From: Hydrolagus affinis
Lineage: Eukaryota
Length of the DNA stretch: 64,000 nucleotides
Reading direction: 5' to 3'
Assembly: GCA_012026655.1 (NCBI GenBank)
Contig: JAAILG010000096.1
Span: forward strand, 1-64,000
Under the pieces are notes generated by a model, which was given only the letters and a program-made list of their open reading frames with translations, was not told the origin of the DNA and made no database searches. A program made the translations under genes and the position numbers. Below are positions 37,111-51,686 of the stretch, one piece after another (position 1 is the first letter of the stretch; each line of letters starts with the position of its first letter).

Positions 37111-39009
37111 ATGAAAGGCCTGTGTGGCTTGAGCACAAAAGAAGTGGTATGACTTACATCAGTGAGATCATAGCGTTCTGAAAATTTCAGAACTATTCTA
37201 TGTAGTTTAATGGAAAAATGCAAGAGTATGGCTCATTTAACATTTTGTTTCCTAAACTTCAGCTGGGTAATGTGTAATGAAGATTAAATGGGTTCAGCTT
37301 GTTTAATAGTCAATAATTAGCAATGATGTCAAGCTTCATGCTTATCGCAAAGTAATTTAGTGTCACCTCATTAATTCTGAACATAGGTACGATACATTCA
37401 GTATATGCAATCCACATTTTATGGCAGGAATATTTTTCAAAGAATGCCAGATTTACAGCGGCTTTTAAAAAGACAATAAATAAGATACAGGGCGACAGAA
37501 ATATTTCAACTGTGTTTAAAATTGTTGACGCAAGCCCTTTATTGTAAATAAGTGCTCATACTACTTAAAATTTGAATTAGCCATGAGGGAACACATTACT
37601 GTTCTAATTATGCTGATTATACCTTTGCAAGGCACATTTTATTGGAACTAACTAGATTATTTAGGCTCTAATGAATAAAACAACTCAGCCTCTCTAAGCG
37701 GTTACCTCCACTGGAAATTATTTTCATGAGTTACTCTACTGTATTACTGTATGATGGCCACTGTATTTTAAGCAATGACTGTGGATAAACTAAATTTGCA
37801 TTTGGATTTGGATCAGGAAGCAATATTAGCCAGGACAACTGGGAGAAACTCCCCCTTGGCAATCAGTGGTCTGTTAATGTCATGGGAATCACAAGCCAGA
37901 CGGGACCTCAATTTAATGACTCATTAGGCAAAGGGATGATCTGGAATAATAAATAACACTTGTTTTAAATACAATTAATCATACCCATCATTAACATCCC
38001 ACTCATAATTTTCAGAGGTAGAGCTTAACACTGCTGTGCATTAGGGACAACCTAGTATATAAATACATAGATAGGACATGATGTACAGACACTTCAACAA
38101 CACCACATACAAAAAGATATCTAACACATTATATACATTTCAATGAATTTGCATTATGAGTGTGAGCAAAGTCAATGGAATCATTTTTGCTGAGATTGTA
38201 AAAGTGCCTACCATATTTTACTGCAGTTTGTGAGATAATAATACTAATAATGATAAATCCTTGCATTTGATATAGGGTCATCACATCTTCAAGATCAAAG
38301 TGCTTCACAGAACATATTGTAATGTGAATTGACTATATTTTGTGGACGATATCATGTGATGTAGCTCCCCACTGCTTTTTAGCTGACACTGTGGACTTTC
38401 CCTAAGGGAGTTAAGAAACAAATCCACAACAACCTCACAGCCCCAAATAGACAGAACTGAGTCACGGAATAGGGCATGGCTACATCCAAACACCACCCCT
38501 ACCCACCACCCCCAAACAGGTCTAAACTAGAAGCTTAGACATTGCCCTTAATTGAAATCTAGCATTTTATTGCAGCAGCAAATTAATTGAATTATTCACC
38601 TACCCTATGGGATTTGCCAAGATATAGACCCACTTACGTTAGAGCAATGTAGTATTTAGGAATACTGTGCAAAATTATCCACCAAGCTTGTACTGCTGCT
38701 GTAATAATAAATGTAAATGTTTTTCACTGAAATAAATGAATGACACATCTATGGCTCATTGTGACACTGTGTAGAGTACTGCGGAATACCACAGCTCATT
38801 GAAGAAATTCTTAATGGATTAATTCATAAATGATCACATGTTCATTGTTCACAGAAAGCAATGTGCATCTCACTCATATCCTCTAAATGTATCACCCTCT
38901 ATGCAATCAGTATTAAGTTTCAACTGGTACAATAGGGTGTTTATGTATGCCCTTGATATGAAGTCCAAATGAGAGAATCTGCAAGATTTACAATTTGATA
39001 TTTCATCTT

Positions 39010-39315
39010 GTAATAATAATGATAATCCTTGCATTTGACATTGAACCTTATCACGTCTACGAGATGTCTTAAACCACTTTACAGAATGTACAGTAAAGTC
39101 AATTGATTCATATTTTATGGGTGAAATGCGGCAGTCAATTGCGCACAGCGTTGTCTCACAAACAGTTGAGGATTGAGTGACCATATTATTACTATATTAG
39201 AAATAAAATACTCACTGCTTAAATAGAGACATACGGAGTAAGGAAACTAACATTTCACCCTGTCTGGAAATCGAACCCAGGACCTCTCACTTGCTCTAAC
39301 CAATATGCTACAGGA
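39010..39315 (-). mobile_element. tRNA-derived SINE (diverged)
   Basis: Consensus match. Confidence 0.85.
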
Positions 39316-40446
39316 TGCATGGACCAAGATCATTTTGTATTAAAATTTAAGAAGCAGATATTTGAAGCAGATATATCTGGGCCTACTCTAATTTGCATTT
39401 TCCTCTCCATAACGCTGAATGCAGACATATTATGTTCTGTACAGTAAAGTCTTGCATTATTTTCAAAATATCTAATTCAGTTTTATAACTACTGTATGTT
39501 TGATTTTAACTAGTTTAAAATCTGTTAAACTGTTTCTTCCTCACCCATGCAAGTTTCTGCATTTTTATACATTCATTTCTTGAACTATAAGAAAGTCCCT
39601 GCAATTGCAGTCTTAATCCTAGAAAAAAACCCGTAGTTTTAACCTAAAGTCTGAAATAACTTAGACGTACTGTAATATAATTGCCCGATCTGATTTCCGT
39701 TGAACTATCGTATGCCAAAAAGCTTTGTGCACAATCTTTCCACAATATTGTGCTATATTTACAATTTGCAAATTAATTCTGTTTATCTGAGTGCAACAAT
39801 CTGCAACTCAAGATAGAATTTTTATGTGTCAGTGAAACCGTCAGATTTCACATCTATTGCAGTTATAGACAATGATCTTTGCCTAGCCTCAGGCCCACTG
39901 ACCTTATTGAAGTACATTGCTGTGACCTAGTTTGCCTGTTACAACTGAATTGGCAGTCATGTGCATGTTGGAATTCAATCCAAATTTTCAATTCTAATTA
40001 TAATGATAGCCTATGTCTGCTCATGTACACATTTTAGGAATTGCTTTGTAATGCCATCTGATTGTAACATAATACGGTTGTAAAATATAGATTGTAACAA
40101 ATGATTTATCTTAGTTTTTAATTAACAAGAAAGCCTGAATGAATGTGTCATGTGGTTGACCCCTTATCAGGTTGGAGTTGAAAATATGGTATTCAGTACC
40201 TAGATTTGCTAAATAACAATTACAAGTACATTGTATCAACCTACAAGAACTCTGCGCTGATGCAAAATACCTGAAGAGCAGCTCTGATGTGATGTATATA
40301 TCCATTTGGCTTGTCACACATATCCAGTATACCCGGGGATGTCTACATTTGCTTTTCTGAGTTCCTAGTGATTCCTGTATTCTCAACCTTATTGCAACAA
40401 CAACAAAATTACATTATATACCAGCTGATAGCTGCTAAAATAATAG

Positions 40447-40795
40447 CAACAACAACAACAAAATTACACTTGTATAGAGCCTTTCACGTCAGGAGAATGT
40501 CCCAAGGCATTGGACAGTCATTGTTTCAGACCCGAGCTGGGGTCAGGGATGTGGAAGTTGGAGGGAAATGGGGGATTTGGGGTGACCGATGGGACCGTCG
40601 AAGAGGAGAGTCTTGAGGCCGGATGTGAAGGAGGTTAGGAAGGAAACGAGGCGGAGAGACTGCAGGATGGAGTTCCAGAGGTTAGGGGCAGAGTGACTAT
40701 AGGTTCGTCCGCTAATGGTGGGGCGGGTGAGTCGGGGGCATGGAGCAGGCCGGAGCCTGCTGAGCAGAGTGGGCGGGCAGGTTGGTCGGGGCAAG
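40447..40795 (-). mobile_element. L2 3' end
   Basis: APNLWNSILQSLR...GLKTLLFD; (TTG)n tail. Confidence 0.85.
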
Positions 40796-42139
40796 AGTAA
40801 ATCTAACAAAAAAGTCACCTTCAATTAATTGCTCTGAATTTGTCATTTGAATTTGGATTTTCTTACAATATGGCTTTTAAAAGAACTTCAGTTGACCTTG
40901 AAAAAGTCAGGCAAAAAGGTCCAAATGCATCTAACTGCATCCACAATTGTAAAAAAAAATCTGAAGAGAATGCGCAGCGAAAGAAATGTTTCTAGAAACC
41001 ATAAGGCAATCTCTTTACCTATGTATTTAAAGAAAAGCAAATACAGTATTAACCATTTTAATCTAGTCTGTTCGCCAGCAGCTCAGGGTGATCACGGAGC
41101 TATTTTGATTGTTAACTGCAGTGCATGACTCAAGAGAATTGTGGAGTGAAAGCTCAGTTCTTTCTCTTCCTAACGTAAATCAATCTGCAATAACAGCATA
41201 CTAACAAATTTCACCTTAAGGTGTCCATGATCAGCCCGAATACAGTCAGATATTTTAAGGGTTGATTAAAGTATTAAAAATATTTAGGAAAGAGTCAGGT
41301 GTTGTATTAGCAGATCTCTAAATACCCCTGTGCTCAATCGGTGGAGACTCAGTGACACAGCCATAATAACTAGACTCACAAGGATTGCATGTCCCTGCAG
41401 GCAACCAGGTCATAAAAAAAAATTACAAGTTGCAAGGAAAGCTTGGCTCGAAACTCAAGACGGTATCTGGCAGATAGTTTTTTTTTAACAATACAACTCG
41501 GTAGAAATGAAGTAACGTTTTAAATGAAATAAATGACAGGTCAAAGAAATGAAGAAAGCAACAAAAGTTGCTGATAGTGAACTCCATCTCAATGTGATGT
41601 TCTTGAACCTCGCCTCATCGGATAGTATTGTATACAAAATATATTGTATAAAAGTATGGTATAAAAATAATCTGTACATTTTTATAGCGCTTTCCACATC
41701 TTATCGACGTCTCTAAGCGCTTCACAGAATATAACAACGTCCCAAGGTAGGAACCAGAGCAGGAGGGAGGGGTCGAGGTAGGGAGAAGGAAAAAAGGAAG
41801 AAAAGGGGGAAAGAGGTAGGGACCAGACCAGGGAGAGGTCGAGGTAGGCGGAAGGAGAGCAGGAAAACCGACTGTATATTTGTTTAATAGCGATGCTGTG
41901 TTCCCTGCTCCCTGATAAGCTGTAAATTTTACAAGAGGCATAGACATCCAGAGATTGATTGTTCCTCCAGCCAAAATAATTATTTCAAAAGTTTAATCAA
42001 GTGAGGCATTCTGCACAGGCAGAGATTAAGTGCTTTACAACTGGAGGCAGTGATGTCCATTAATGTGTGAGACACATTCTTTTGGAAGCTAAAGTGCAGA
42101 AGACTTGTGAGATTTTGCTGGTGTATAGGCATGACTATA

Positions 42140-42390
42140 AAATAGCCGGTAGTGTATCCAGAAGGTAGTTTAGAAGGAACTTATTTATACACAGGCTGCT
42201 AAGAATGTGGATCTCACTGCTTGAAGCTGTAGTTTAAGTGAAAATCAACATATTTAAGAAGCAACATGATACTACATGAGGGTGAAGGGAATGGGAGAGA
42301 ATTATGAGGGATGGGGGTCACTTGGATTATAAATAGCGGCATGGACTAATTGGGCTGAATGACCTGCACATTGATAAAATGTTCTATACA
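42140..42390 (+). mobile_element. CR1 3' end fragment
   Basis: agaaggaacttatttatacacagg...agaatgtgg...gggctgaatgacctg. Confidence 0.6.
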
Positions 42391-44419
42391 ACTCTTTGCT
42401 GGGTTATTGTTTCACCTAAGTGTTACACAGTGTGGCTACACAGATTATGTTAATTCTTAGGCAGTGATTCAACTGAGCCATTGCAGAGCTCAAATGTTGA
42501 TTTTTAAAGCAGACTTGTGGTGAAATAACAGCAACCGGATTTTTTGAATCTTGTTATAAAGCAACACCATTATTAATTGTATAAGACTTTTGGTTTGTGA
42601 CGTGAGAGCAAAGTTGAGCATTTCACTATGAAAATGATGAACGGAGGAGGTGTCAGACTGACAAGTGGGATTCATCCAAGTGGAAGTGGGATTCAATACT
42701 GTTTATAACAGCAAACCTCACCATTGTTCTGCTCAGAACATGCCATTCCGGGAGTAAACGTGGGACATTTCAGAGCAGATTCAATGCAATAACTATCATA
42801 TGATCACATTGAATCTGTTAAACATACCAAATTGCATTCCAATGTCTTTTAATGACTTTCCTAACGACTTTATGCTGAGTCGCAAAGTACAGGTGGAAAA
42901 ACACTCAAATTACGTGGTCATCATTTTTTTGTCTTGGTCTTTCGATCATAATGAAATCTAACCAGATGGTAAATCTTGGGTCCAGTTTGAAATGATCAGA
43001 AAATGTAAGTCTGACATTACATGACCTACTCCGAACGATTCAATCAATTGGTATTTTTGGTTGATGAGTGGCAAGTGATCACTGCTGTAGTCAATCTACA
43101 TTGAAAAATAGCAAGTGTCTAATACACATTAAAAAGGCACTTAAAATACCTCCTTACCATCTGCACTATTATTTTCTACTACCTGGTAAAAATGTACTAA
43201 AATTGCTGATAGTCTGGAAATTCTTATCTTTCAATTTTCCCTCTCCTCCCCTCATTCTCCTCCCCCTACTTTCTCCCCTCTCACCACTGTTTAATGTTGC
43301 CTTGATGGTTTGGATGTGACTTGTTTCTTCGTGTCAGCCCCAGATTTGCATGGACTGATTTAACCTGAGCTGTGAACCGAATCACTGAGTTGTCCTTTCC
43401 TGTGGGTCAGTACCTAGTATTTCATAATTTCCTCAAAAACATTTTCAAATTATGCTTTTTTAATCAATATTTGATGCTCGGAGCCTGGGGAAACCATCTC
43501 TGCATTCACATTTCCAGATGAATGCACAGCTTGGATTAGATTTCTGATTTAAGTTCACAGTGATGTATGAATTGTAAATCAGAGTACAAAAACACCATTG
43601 TCCTAGCCCAGCTGAAAGTTTCCATGAACTGTCCACATTAACACAGGGTGCAAAGAAATTTACTTTCACAAAGTGGACCTGTTAATATACAGAACTGACC
43701 CTGTTTTTCACAGCCATTAAAATTGATCAAGAAGGTGAAACTCCTAAAATTCACAGAATAGTTTCAACACAGAAGTTGTTCAACCCCTCAAAACCACAGT
43801 GTGATTTCTCTGCATACATAAACCTAATTCCACTCTCTGCTCTTTCCACATTCCCTTAAATACTTCTCCTCTTCAGGCATTTATCTAACTATTACCTCAA
43901 TTCTGGTTTCCAACTGATCTAACATGATCCTCAAAAATTATATGGCAAGCTTCCTTCCTAATTGATAGGTACATGTACTGTAGTTCACATCAGTACCTAA
44001 AACTAATCGACAGCTGGGATTTTGAATAAAATAAATCTCGTTCATGCAAGCAACAGTCAGTAAGGCTCGTTTAGCCATCAGATCTGAAATGGCTTTGTCA
44101 GACTAGCTTGTGTGATAAATGAAAAGATGAGGATAACAGCTTATGATGTCTGGTAAAGCTCAGAATCTTGGTACATGTGATGCAAGAAGGGGAATGAGTT
44201 TAGAAATTACCTGACCTAGGCTATTCTCTGATGTATAATTTGGCTCAGTCAACAAATTGGGGAACCATTTAAGAGACAGTAAAAAAAAGTTACAGCAGAT
44301 AGGAGTCAAGGGAGAATTCAACAGAGATGACAGGAACAGTAGGCACACAGCAATACAATTCTAAAAACATGCAGTTAATCTAACAATTTCATGGTTAACA
44401 AAGTGCTATCAATTCTCTG

Positions 44420-44670
44420 TGCCTGAACCGCCCTACCATCGGTGGCTGGGCTTTCAGCCTCTCTGCCCCCACACTCTGGAATTCCATACCACAATCCCTT
44501 TGCCTCGCTTCCTCCCTTTCCTCCTTCAAGGCCGGTCTCAAGACTTTCCTCTTCCACCATGCCTTCTGCTCCCCTCCTAACTCTCTCCCCTTTCCTACTC
44601 TCCTTCCCCTCGCTCCTACCCTGACCCATCCACCACATGCTCTATAAATGTAATTTGGTTGTTGTTGTGT
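44420..44670 (+). mobile_element. L2 3' end
   Basis: Close match to the reverse complement of 419-720. Confidence 0.85.
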
Positions 44671-44998
44671 ACCTTGATTAAATACCACGTTGAACTCCAA
44701 AGCACAAACTACTTAGTATGCTACACACACGTCCTCCCGATGTGAAAGGCGCTATTAAAATGTAATTTTGTTGTATTTTATTATTGTACTTGTCAATAGA
44801 TCACAGGGTGTCCGAAACTAACTGATGCCTTGTTTAAGACTAAATTAGAGTGCAGAATTTTACTTTTTATTGTAAGAAGGCACAACTTGTCCTGGCCACA
44901 ATGCTCCAGATTAATTGATCATGTCTGATTGTGTAACTTTGTTGGTACTAAATGCCTTGCTTCCAAATAGAATCACTGCAATTAACAGTACTTTGACA

Positions 44999-45255
44999 TA
45001 CAATATAGAGCCTTTCACTTCAGGAGGACATCTCACTGTCAAAGAGGAAGGTTTTCAGGTGGGATTTGAAAAGGGGGAGTTAGGGGGCAAGGTAGGGGGA
45101 TTGAGGGAGAGGGTTCCTGAGTTTTGGGGCGTAGTGGCTGAAAGCACGACCTCCAAAGGTGGGGCGGAGGGTGTGAGGGATGAAAGGAGGCTAAATCCAG
45201 TCGATGTGGAGATGCCGGGTGGTGGATTGGGGAGTGAAGAGGTCGGAGAGTGCCA
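44999..45255 (-). mobile_element. L2 3' end (second family)
   Basis: Similar to 35493-35770. Confidence 0.7.
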
Positions 45256-45934
45256 GAGACTCAATTGATTTGAGCATGAAAACAAAAGCTGAGTTTGCAA
45301 TCAATAGAGCAAAGAAGTAGTTTTATAAACCTGAATCTGAAATCACTTCTTGCCTTTGATGAATGATGTGTTTCTGCACAGTCTCCATGGGGATTGTGAC
45401 CCAGCTGATCACAATTAATCCAACGTTTAATTGCAAAAAGCAAATTTCTATCCAACCACTTAGTTTTGCAAAATAACTTCAATGAATATACAGTATAATA
45501 TTCCAAGAGAGAGTACATGAATGAAACATACTGTGTTTATTAATTCATCAATTGTGCTACTCTTGAGCAGTGTTGTTTATGCATAAAACAACCTGCATAT
45601 AATAGTACTTATCAAGGATCAGCAGTCAGATGAAAACAGAAATTAGGCAAAACAAACAACAATTTTGAGTTCCAGCTTTCAAGCCAATGCGATACAAATT
45701 TGCATTTATTTAGTGCCTTTCACATTGTGAGAACCTTCTAGGTGCTTTACAGTTCAGGGTTTGCACATGAGTTTGGGATGGGGTAGGCGGGTGAGGTGAA
45801 GGAGGAAAGATGACCGAAAGCATGAATATTTGCATTTGAAACATCAAAACATTTCAAAGCCCTTCATAGAGATTTCATGTAAGTTGTAGTGACTTTGTAG
45901 ATACAAGCAATAGATAATTTGTACACCACAATAA

Positions 45935-46270
45935 TAATACTGTAATAATAATTCTTGCATTTGATATAGCACTTTTTAAGGCTTCTAGATATCTCAAAGC
46001 GCTTCATATAGTACAGTATGCTGTAAATTGAATTGACTGTATACATGTGGGTGAAATGCAGCAGCCAAATTATGCACAGCAGTGTCCCACAAACAGTCAT
46101 GAAAGGAATGACCAATATTATCTGGACTATTGTTCGACAGCACACGAATAGAACTCACTTATCTTTCGAATAGTGTCATGACATCTTTAATATACACCTG
46201 AACAGGCAGAAAGGACCTTGGAGTAACAATATTTTCAAGCCCATTGAGTGGAGTATTGGTTCATCCCCAC
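45935..46270 (-). mobile_element. Deu-type SINE (3' tail plus Deu domain)
   Basis: Tail consensus followed by cgaatagtgtcatgacatcttt...cacctgaacaggcag. Confidence 0.7.
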
Positions 46271-49200
46271 ATAGAAGATGAGAACATATTATTAGGCAAG
46301 GCAGGCATCCTAGGATCATTCTTGTACACTTCCTGGAATATGGTAACACTGTGGCCCAAAAGCAGATTACATGTACTGGCGTTTGGCTGGAGAACATTGT
46401 GTGGGATAAGACATTTGAAGTTATAAAAGTCCTCAATAAATCTAAATAAATAATAGATATTCATTGCCGTAGTGTTGTCATGGTTGTGGAAACACAGAAC
46501 AGCTGGCCAAACCATCTGACATGATGTTGGACAGTTCACAGTAGGATATGGAAAACAGCCAAATGTATGTTCCCAAGCATCCCTCAGTAACATTTTACAG
46601 CATTTATTTGCAACATAGAAAGGAAAGTTCTATTCATTGATGGGGGATCTTAATCTTGAATGAATTGGAATGAACAAATCTATTATTTCAAATAAACCCC
46701 AAATGTATCAGCTTGGTCTAGGGTATAGTTTGAGCGCTCATTCCCTTTAATTGGCTTGCTGAAAAAAAATGTTTTTAGACAATTAAAAGGGTTGTTTCAG
46801 TGTTGTTTTGTTAAGGAGAGTTCACTATATTTCCAGACCATTTATAGTCAATGGTGACTAAAACTAAACAGATGGCAGATCCAAAGTGCAGAATATGGAC
46901 CACTGTGTTAGAACATGCTCTATTCAACATTAACTATTGGGTTGAAAGGTCTTTCTTTTAGTTGTCTTCCATAAGCATTCCACAATTAAATGATTTCAGT
47001 CATACTCCTAGTCATAGTGAGTAAAAGCATCTACCACAAACTGCCTGTAATTCATGTTTAAGCTGGCAGTTTCACTCTAGACGCTGTAAAGTTGTTGAAA
47101 GATGAAAATTGGCAATTCAAGTTTTTCTAAAAATCATTTTTGTTTATCATTTGATGTAGAGCTTTATCACATCGATGAGAGGTAGGGCTTCAAAGGGCTT
47201 CGTAAAGTATACTGTAAAGTGAATTCACTGTAGTTTGGGGAGTCAGAAAACAGATAAATAGATCAGATGTGAAACCATATAGGGAAATTCAAACTGGAGT
47301 AATACCATACTTATAGATATGATGAGATAGCAAGACAAGAGTTCACAGGTTCAGGCTTGTGAAGGGCAATTTGGGACATACATCAACAACAACAACTTGC
47401 ATTTATATTGCACCCTTCACACTGGACGGTGACAAACAGCAGAAAGTATTTTTTTTTACACAGAAGTGATCTGTATCAGGTTGAATGGTTGAGTTTAGGG
47501 TACTGGATTTTTTTTAAATAGTTTTCTGCTTTGCCTGTAATTATCAAAAGAACAAAAAGAGAGGGCAGGACTTTTTTTTCACAAATGGTTAGGAAATGTG
47601 GTTAAAGTGAATGTGTTTGTATATGTGTTTTCCTTAAGGAACAGAATATCAAAGGTGATTAGGGAAGAATTCATATTTTTATTTAAGAGAGAATTAGCTG
47701 AACATTTGAAATGGAGAAATAATATAGTAATGAGAAGAGACAGGAGAATGAGACAGAAGGGGCTCTGACAGAGAGCCAGCACGGGCACAGTGGACTGAAT
47801 AAGCTCTTTGTGTGCTGTAAATGTTTATGGCTCTATGGGAAGACAGTACACTAAGTATTCTGCAAAGATTAAATCGAACAGGCTGACTAACTCTGAAAAA
47901 AGCAAACTTATCTAACTCCAGACTTATATCCTGCATTTTAATGAACAGGCACAGACAGACCAACAGACAATTAATAAAGTCAAGAGCAGGTTTGACAAAT
48001 CTACCAAGAAGCGACCAACAGACAGACAGACTGATTTACTTGAACTGTATTTTTTTCACATAATATCAGATTCTGTAATGACCATCTGTTCCAATTATTT
48101 CAAAATGTTTTTCAAAATTGTAATTCACAATTGAAATCGAACCACTCAACTCAATCCAAAAAGGACAGATGAGCACTGATGTGAATTATCATAATGAAAT
48201 CAAATATTTTTGTTTAATGGCTTTTGACAATTTATTAGTGCAATCATTGGCTTACAGGTTACTTAGTCCAAGCTGTTGGTGTGAATATATTACTGGCCTC
48301 TGCTTTGTTGGCAGATTGTTCAAACCTGTTCTTGACTTTATTAATATTGAATAAATGTGCTTATTGCAGAAGGAAACAATAACCAGATTGGTTTCCTGCT
48401 TCCTGTTGCTTCTCAAGAGTGCTATTCGTTAAACTAGAGGAAAGTGAAACCTAGGAGGTGAAGTTATTCATTTTGTGACTTTAACACATTCTCTTCATTT
48501 AATTATGTACCATGGACTTCCCCTTAAGATTCAGTTCACTAAATTGTGTTCACTAAACTATGAAGCTGAGTGATATAGACCTAAATGTTTCAAGATTTTA
48601 AGTACTTGGTCTGTGCTGAAAAAGGAAGCTGATTCAGGTGGGTGATAGAGACGCTGCAAGTTATTGGCCTATGCACCAATGGCTATTTAGGAAACTAAAT
48701 CAGTCAGTTTACCTATTGCTAATCACTATCAAGGATGCCTGGTTTGCGATCTGGTTTGCGATTTTGTTTATGGCTAATTGTGGAACATTACTATACGCAG
48801 GTGGGCAGCTGGGTAACAAATGCAGTCTTTCCATTTCACAGTCACATCCTATTTGTCTCCTGACGTGAAAGGTACAATAACAAATGTAAGGATTAATATT
48901 GATTTCAATAATTTGTTTGGAAGAAGCTGTTCAAAAACAAGAACCAAAGATCAAGAGGTAAAATGCTGGCAGCAAAGTATTGTTTAGGATTGGGATTTGA
49001 TCCCAACAGTTACTAAATTCATAAATCCTACTGCTTCATTCACACATTGAAAAATTGCAATAACACAGCAATTTCTGGTAACCAAATATTGTTATCGTAC
49101 AAATGTCATTCGAAATAAGGGAACACTGCAAAGTTTGATAAGAGGCAAGTGAAGCTGCTGATAAACATTCACATGAATTAAACTAAACACAGAAACAAGT

Positions 49201-50224
49201 GTGCAATGTAATGAGAATAATTATTTCTCACAGAGACCAACTGATATTCAATATTTTCACCAATAAGCGCTTTGAGATGTCGATAAGATGTGAAAAGCGC
49301 TATATTAAATTGTAAGGATTATTATTATTATCTTTAGTGGAAAATGCTTACTGGTCATGAATGACTGTGATTCCATACTGAACAGGTAAAGATCACATTG
49401 AATTGCTTGCTTTGATTCATATTGTAACATTAAAGTTCTGATTGAATGGTAAAAGAATTAAACTTGAATCATCGCAGTTATTGACTTCAAGGCTGTTTCC
49501 CAGGAAAAAAACTTCCTACAAAATCCTCTGTCAAACAGCCAAAATGGCTGCGACTTTGTGGGGAAAAAAAATGATGGAACTTCCTAAAATTTCCAAATGG
49601 AAGAGAGGACAAGAGTTTAATACAGTGCATGTAAATATTTAGACTTATTTGCCAATCCATGTCTGAGTGCTGGAGTTGGAATAAACCAGGATTGCGCTAC
49701 TATTTGAAATGAACACTGACATCAAATGGAATTTAGCTGACATTTCCATTTGTACAAATGGCCCTTAACCTCATTTAACCGATTGCCATCGGGCACTTTA
49801 TTTCTCTCCTGTTGATGACAGTTCAGCACAAAACACGTGGGGAAAATAGAATTGCCTGTGAAGTTCAGGTGCTAAAATAATGAAACACTGAAAGTGCAAA
49901 TGCTAGTTTCCAGCCTGCATGCAAATGGAAAACAGTTTTGTGCTGCATTTTTCTAATCTCACTTCAGTCCAGTCAGAAATCGAGACCCTTGCTCAGCTGA
50001 ATCTTTAGTTAATTTTGATTTGATCCCAGCATTTACAACTTAGCAGGGGAGTCCAAGAGCCTGTTTTTAATTTATTAGCATCATTGGATTGGAAATGTTT
50101 GCGTTGTTTTATGCCTCATACTTTATCGGAATTATTTTACATTATATCAAATGCCTGTTCATTGGATGAGTGAACTGAGATACAGTACTGTACTGTACTA
50201 CCCCTCACCCCAGTACACCACACT

Positions 50225-50730
50225 ACCTGCCTCGCCACTTTCTTCCCCACCCCCCTCTCCTGCAGGTGCTGTCTCAGGCTTTGGTACATTTTCGTGGTGT
50301 TCTGGGGCAGAGCATTGGGACGTCCTCCTGATGTGAAAGGAGCTACACAAATGTAATATTGTTGTTGTATTATGTTATTGTTGAGCATTCCACATTTATT
50401 ATTATTGTTGTATATTTTCACAACAGATGGCATTTTACAATCTTCTTTGGAAGAAGTCACCTGATCTCACTTCCAACCGGCTTTGCTCTGGTTTTAAGAT
50501 TGCAACAAAACTTTTCTTTTCATAACAGCCTTCGCACAGAGCAGCATCCCGGAGTGCTTGACTGTCTGACCCCGAGCCAGAGGGAGAACGAGGCGGAGGT
50601 TACGCAAAGCAGGATCAACCAGGAAGGTCTTTAGACCAGGTTCGAAAGTGGGGAGGGAGGCGAAGAGATTGAGGGAGACAGTTCCAGAGTTTCGGGCTTA
50701 ATGACTGAAGGCATGGCCACTGATGGTAGA
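50225..50730. mobile_element. Two L2 3' fragments in opposite orientation (50225-50370 +, 50490-50730 -)
   Basis: Tail and 3' UTR similarity to other L2 copies in the window. Confidence 0.6.
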
Positions 50731-51494
50731 GATTACATTTGTATTTAGGGTTAAAGTTTGCCAAGTTTAGACCATTACCACGAGATAGCAGAGTATCTCT
50801 CCCAGCAACAGGACTCTTCAGATCAGATAGCCACCATTTGTGTTTTTATTGAAGCAAAGAAATGTTTTAGTGTGATTTCTTTTCAGTTTATTTTTTACTT
50901 TATTCTGGAGAGTAATAAGCAATTACAAGTTGAGTTATTAAACTGAAGAGCTCAAAATAAAATCTAATTTACCCACAAAACACACAGTCACTACACTTTA
51001 CAATAAATCCTTTCAAATTGCTTCGAAAGACCCCCTGATGGTGCAATGTCAAATGCAAGGATTATTATAATTAAATCAAAATGACTGGTGAGATTAATAT
51101 AGTCTTTGAGTTTCTTTATAAAATAATTTCCCCCTTTGGGTCTCCTGAGCCAGAATTGCATATGGAAAATTGGTATTAAGGAAACAGGTGCATGTTATCA
51201 GGTGCTTCATGTCAACCCCAGCTGCTACATAGTGTGTAATTAAGCAGATACAAATTTACATTTATATAGAGCTTTTCATGTCAGAAACACATTCCAAAGT
51301 GCTTGACATTGCTGGCTCGGCACCGGTGTTCATATATCCATTATTTGGAACCCACTTTTGTGGTTTGCAGAGAGGTACGCAGCTGCTGCTGAAGCTCTGC
51401 ACCTCCATCTGGGAGAACCTTTGCTTATTGGAAGGGATGTGTGTCCACTCTGTGGTAGGGAGATTGTGGCAAAGCTCCCTCATAGTGAGGGCTT

Positions 51495-51686
51495 AAATAA
51501 TAATAACAACATCAATAATAATAATCCTAGTATTTTATATAGTGCTTGTCATGTTTTCTCGATGTCTCAAAGTGCTTCATAGTATATACTGTAAAGTGAA
51601 TTGACTGTATATTTCTGGGCGAAACTCAGCAGCTAATTGCGCACAGCAATGTCCCACAAACAGTCATAGATTGAAGTGACCAATTT
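51495..51686 (-). mobile_element. SINE 3' half
   Basis: Consensus match. Confidence 0.85.
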
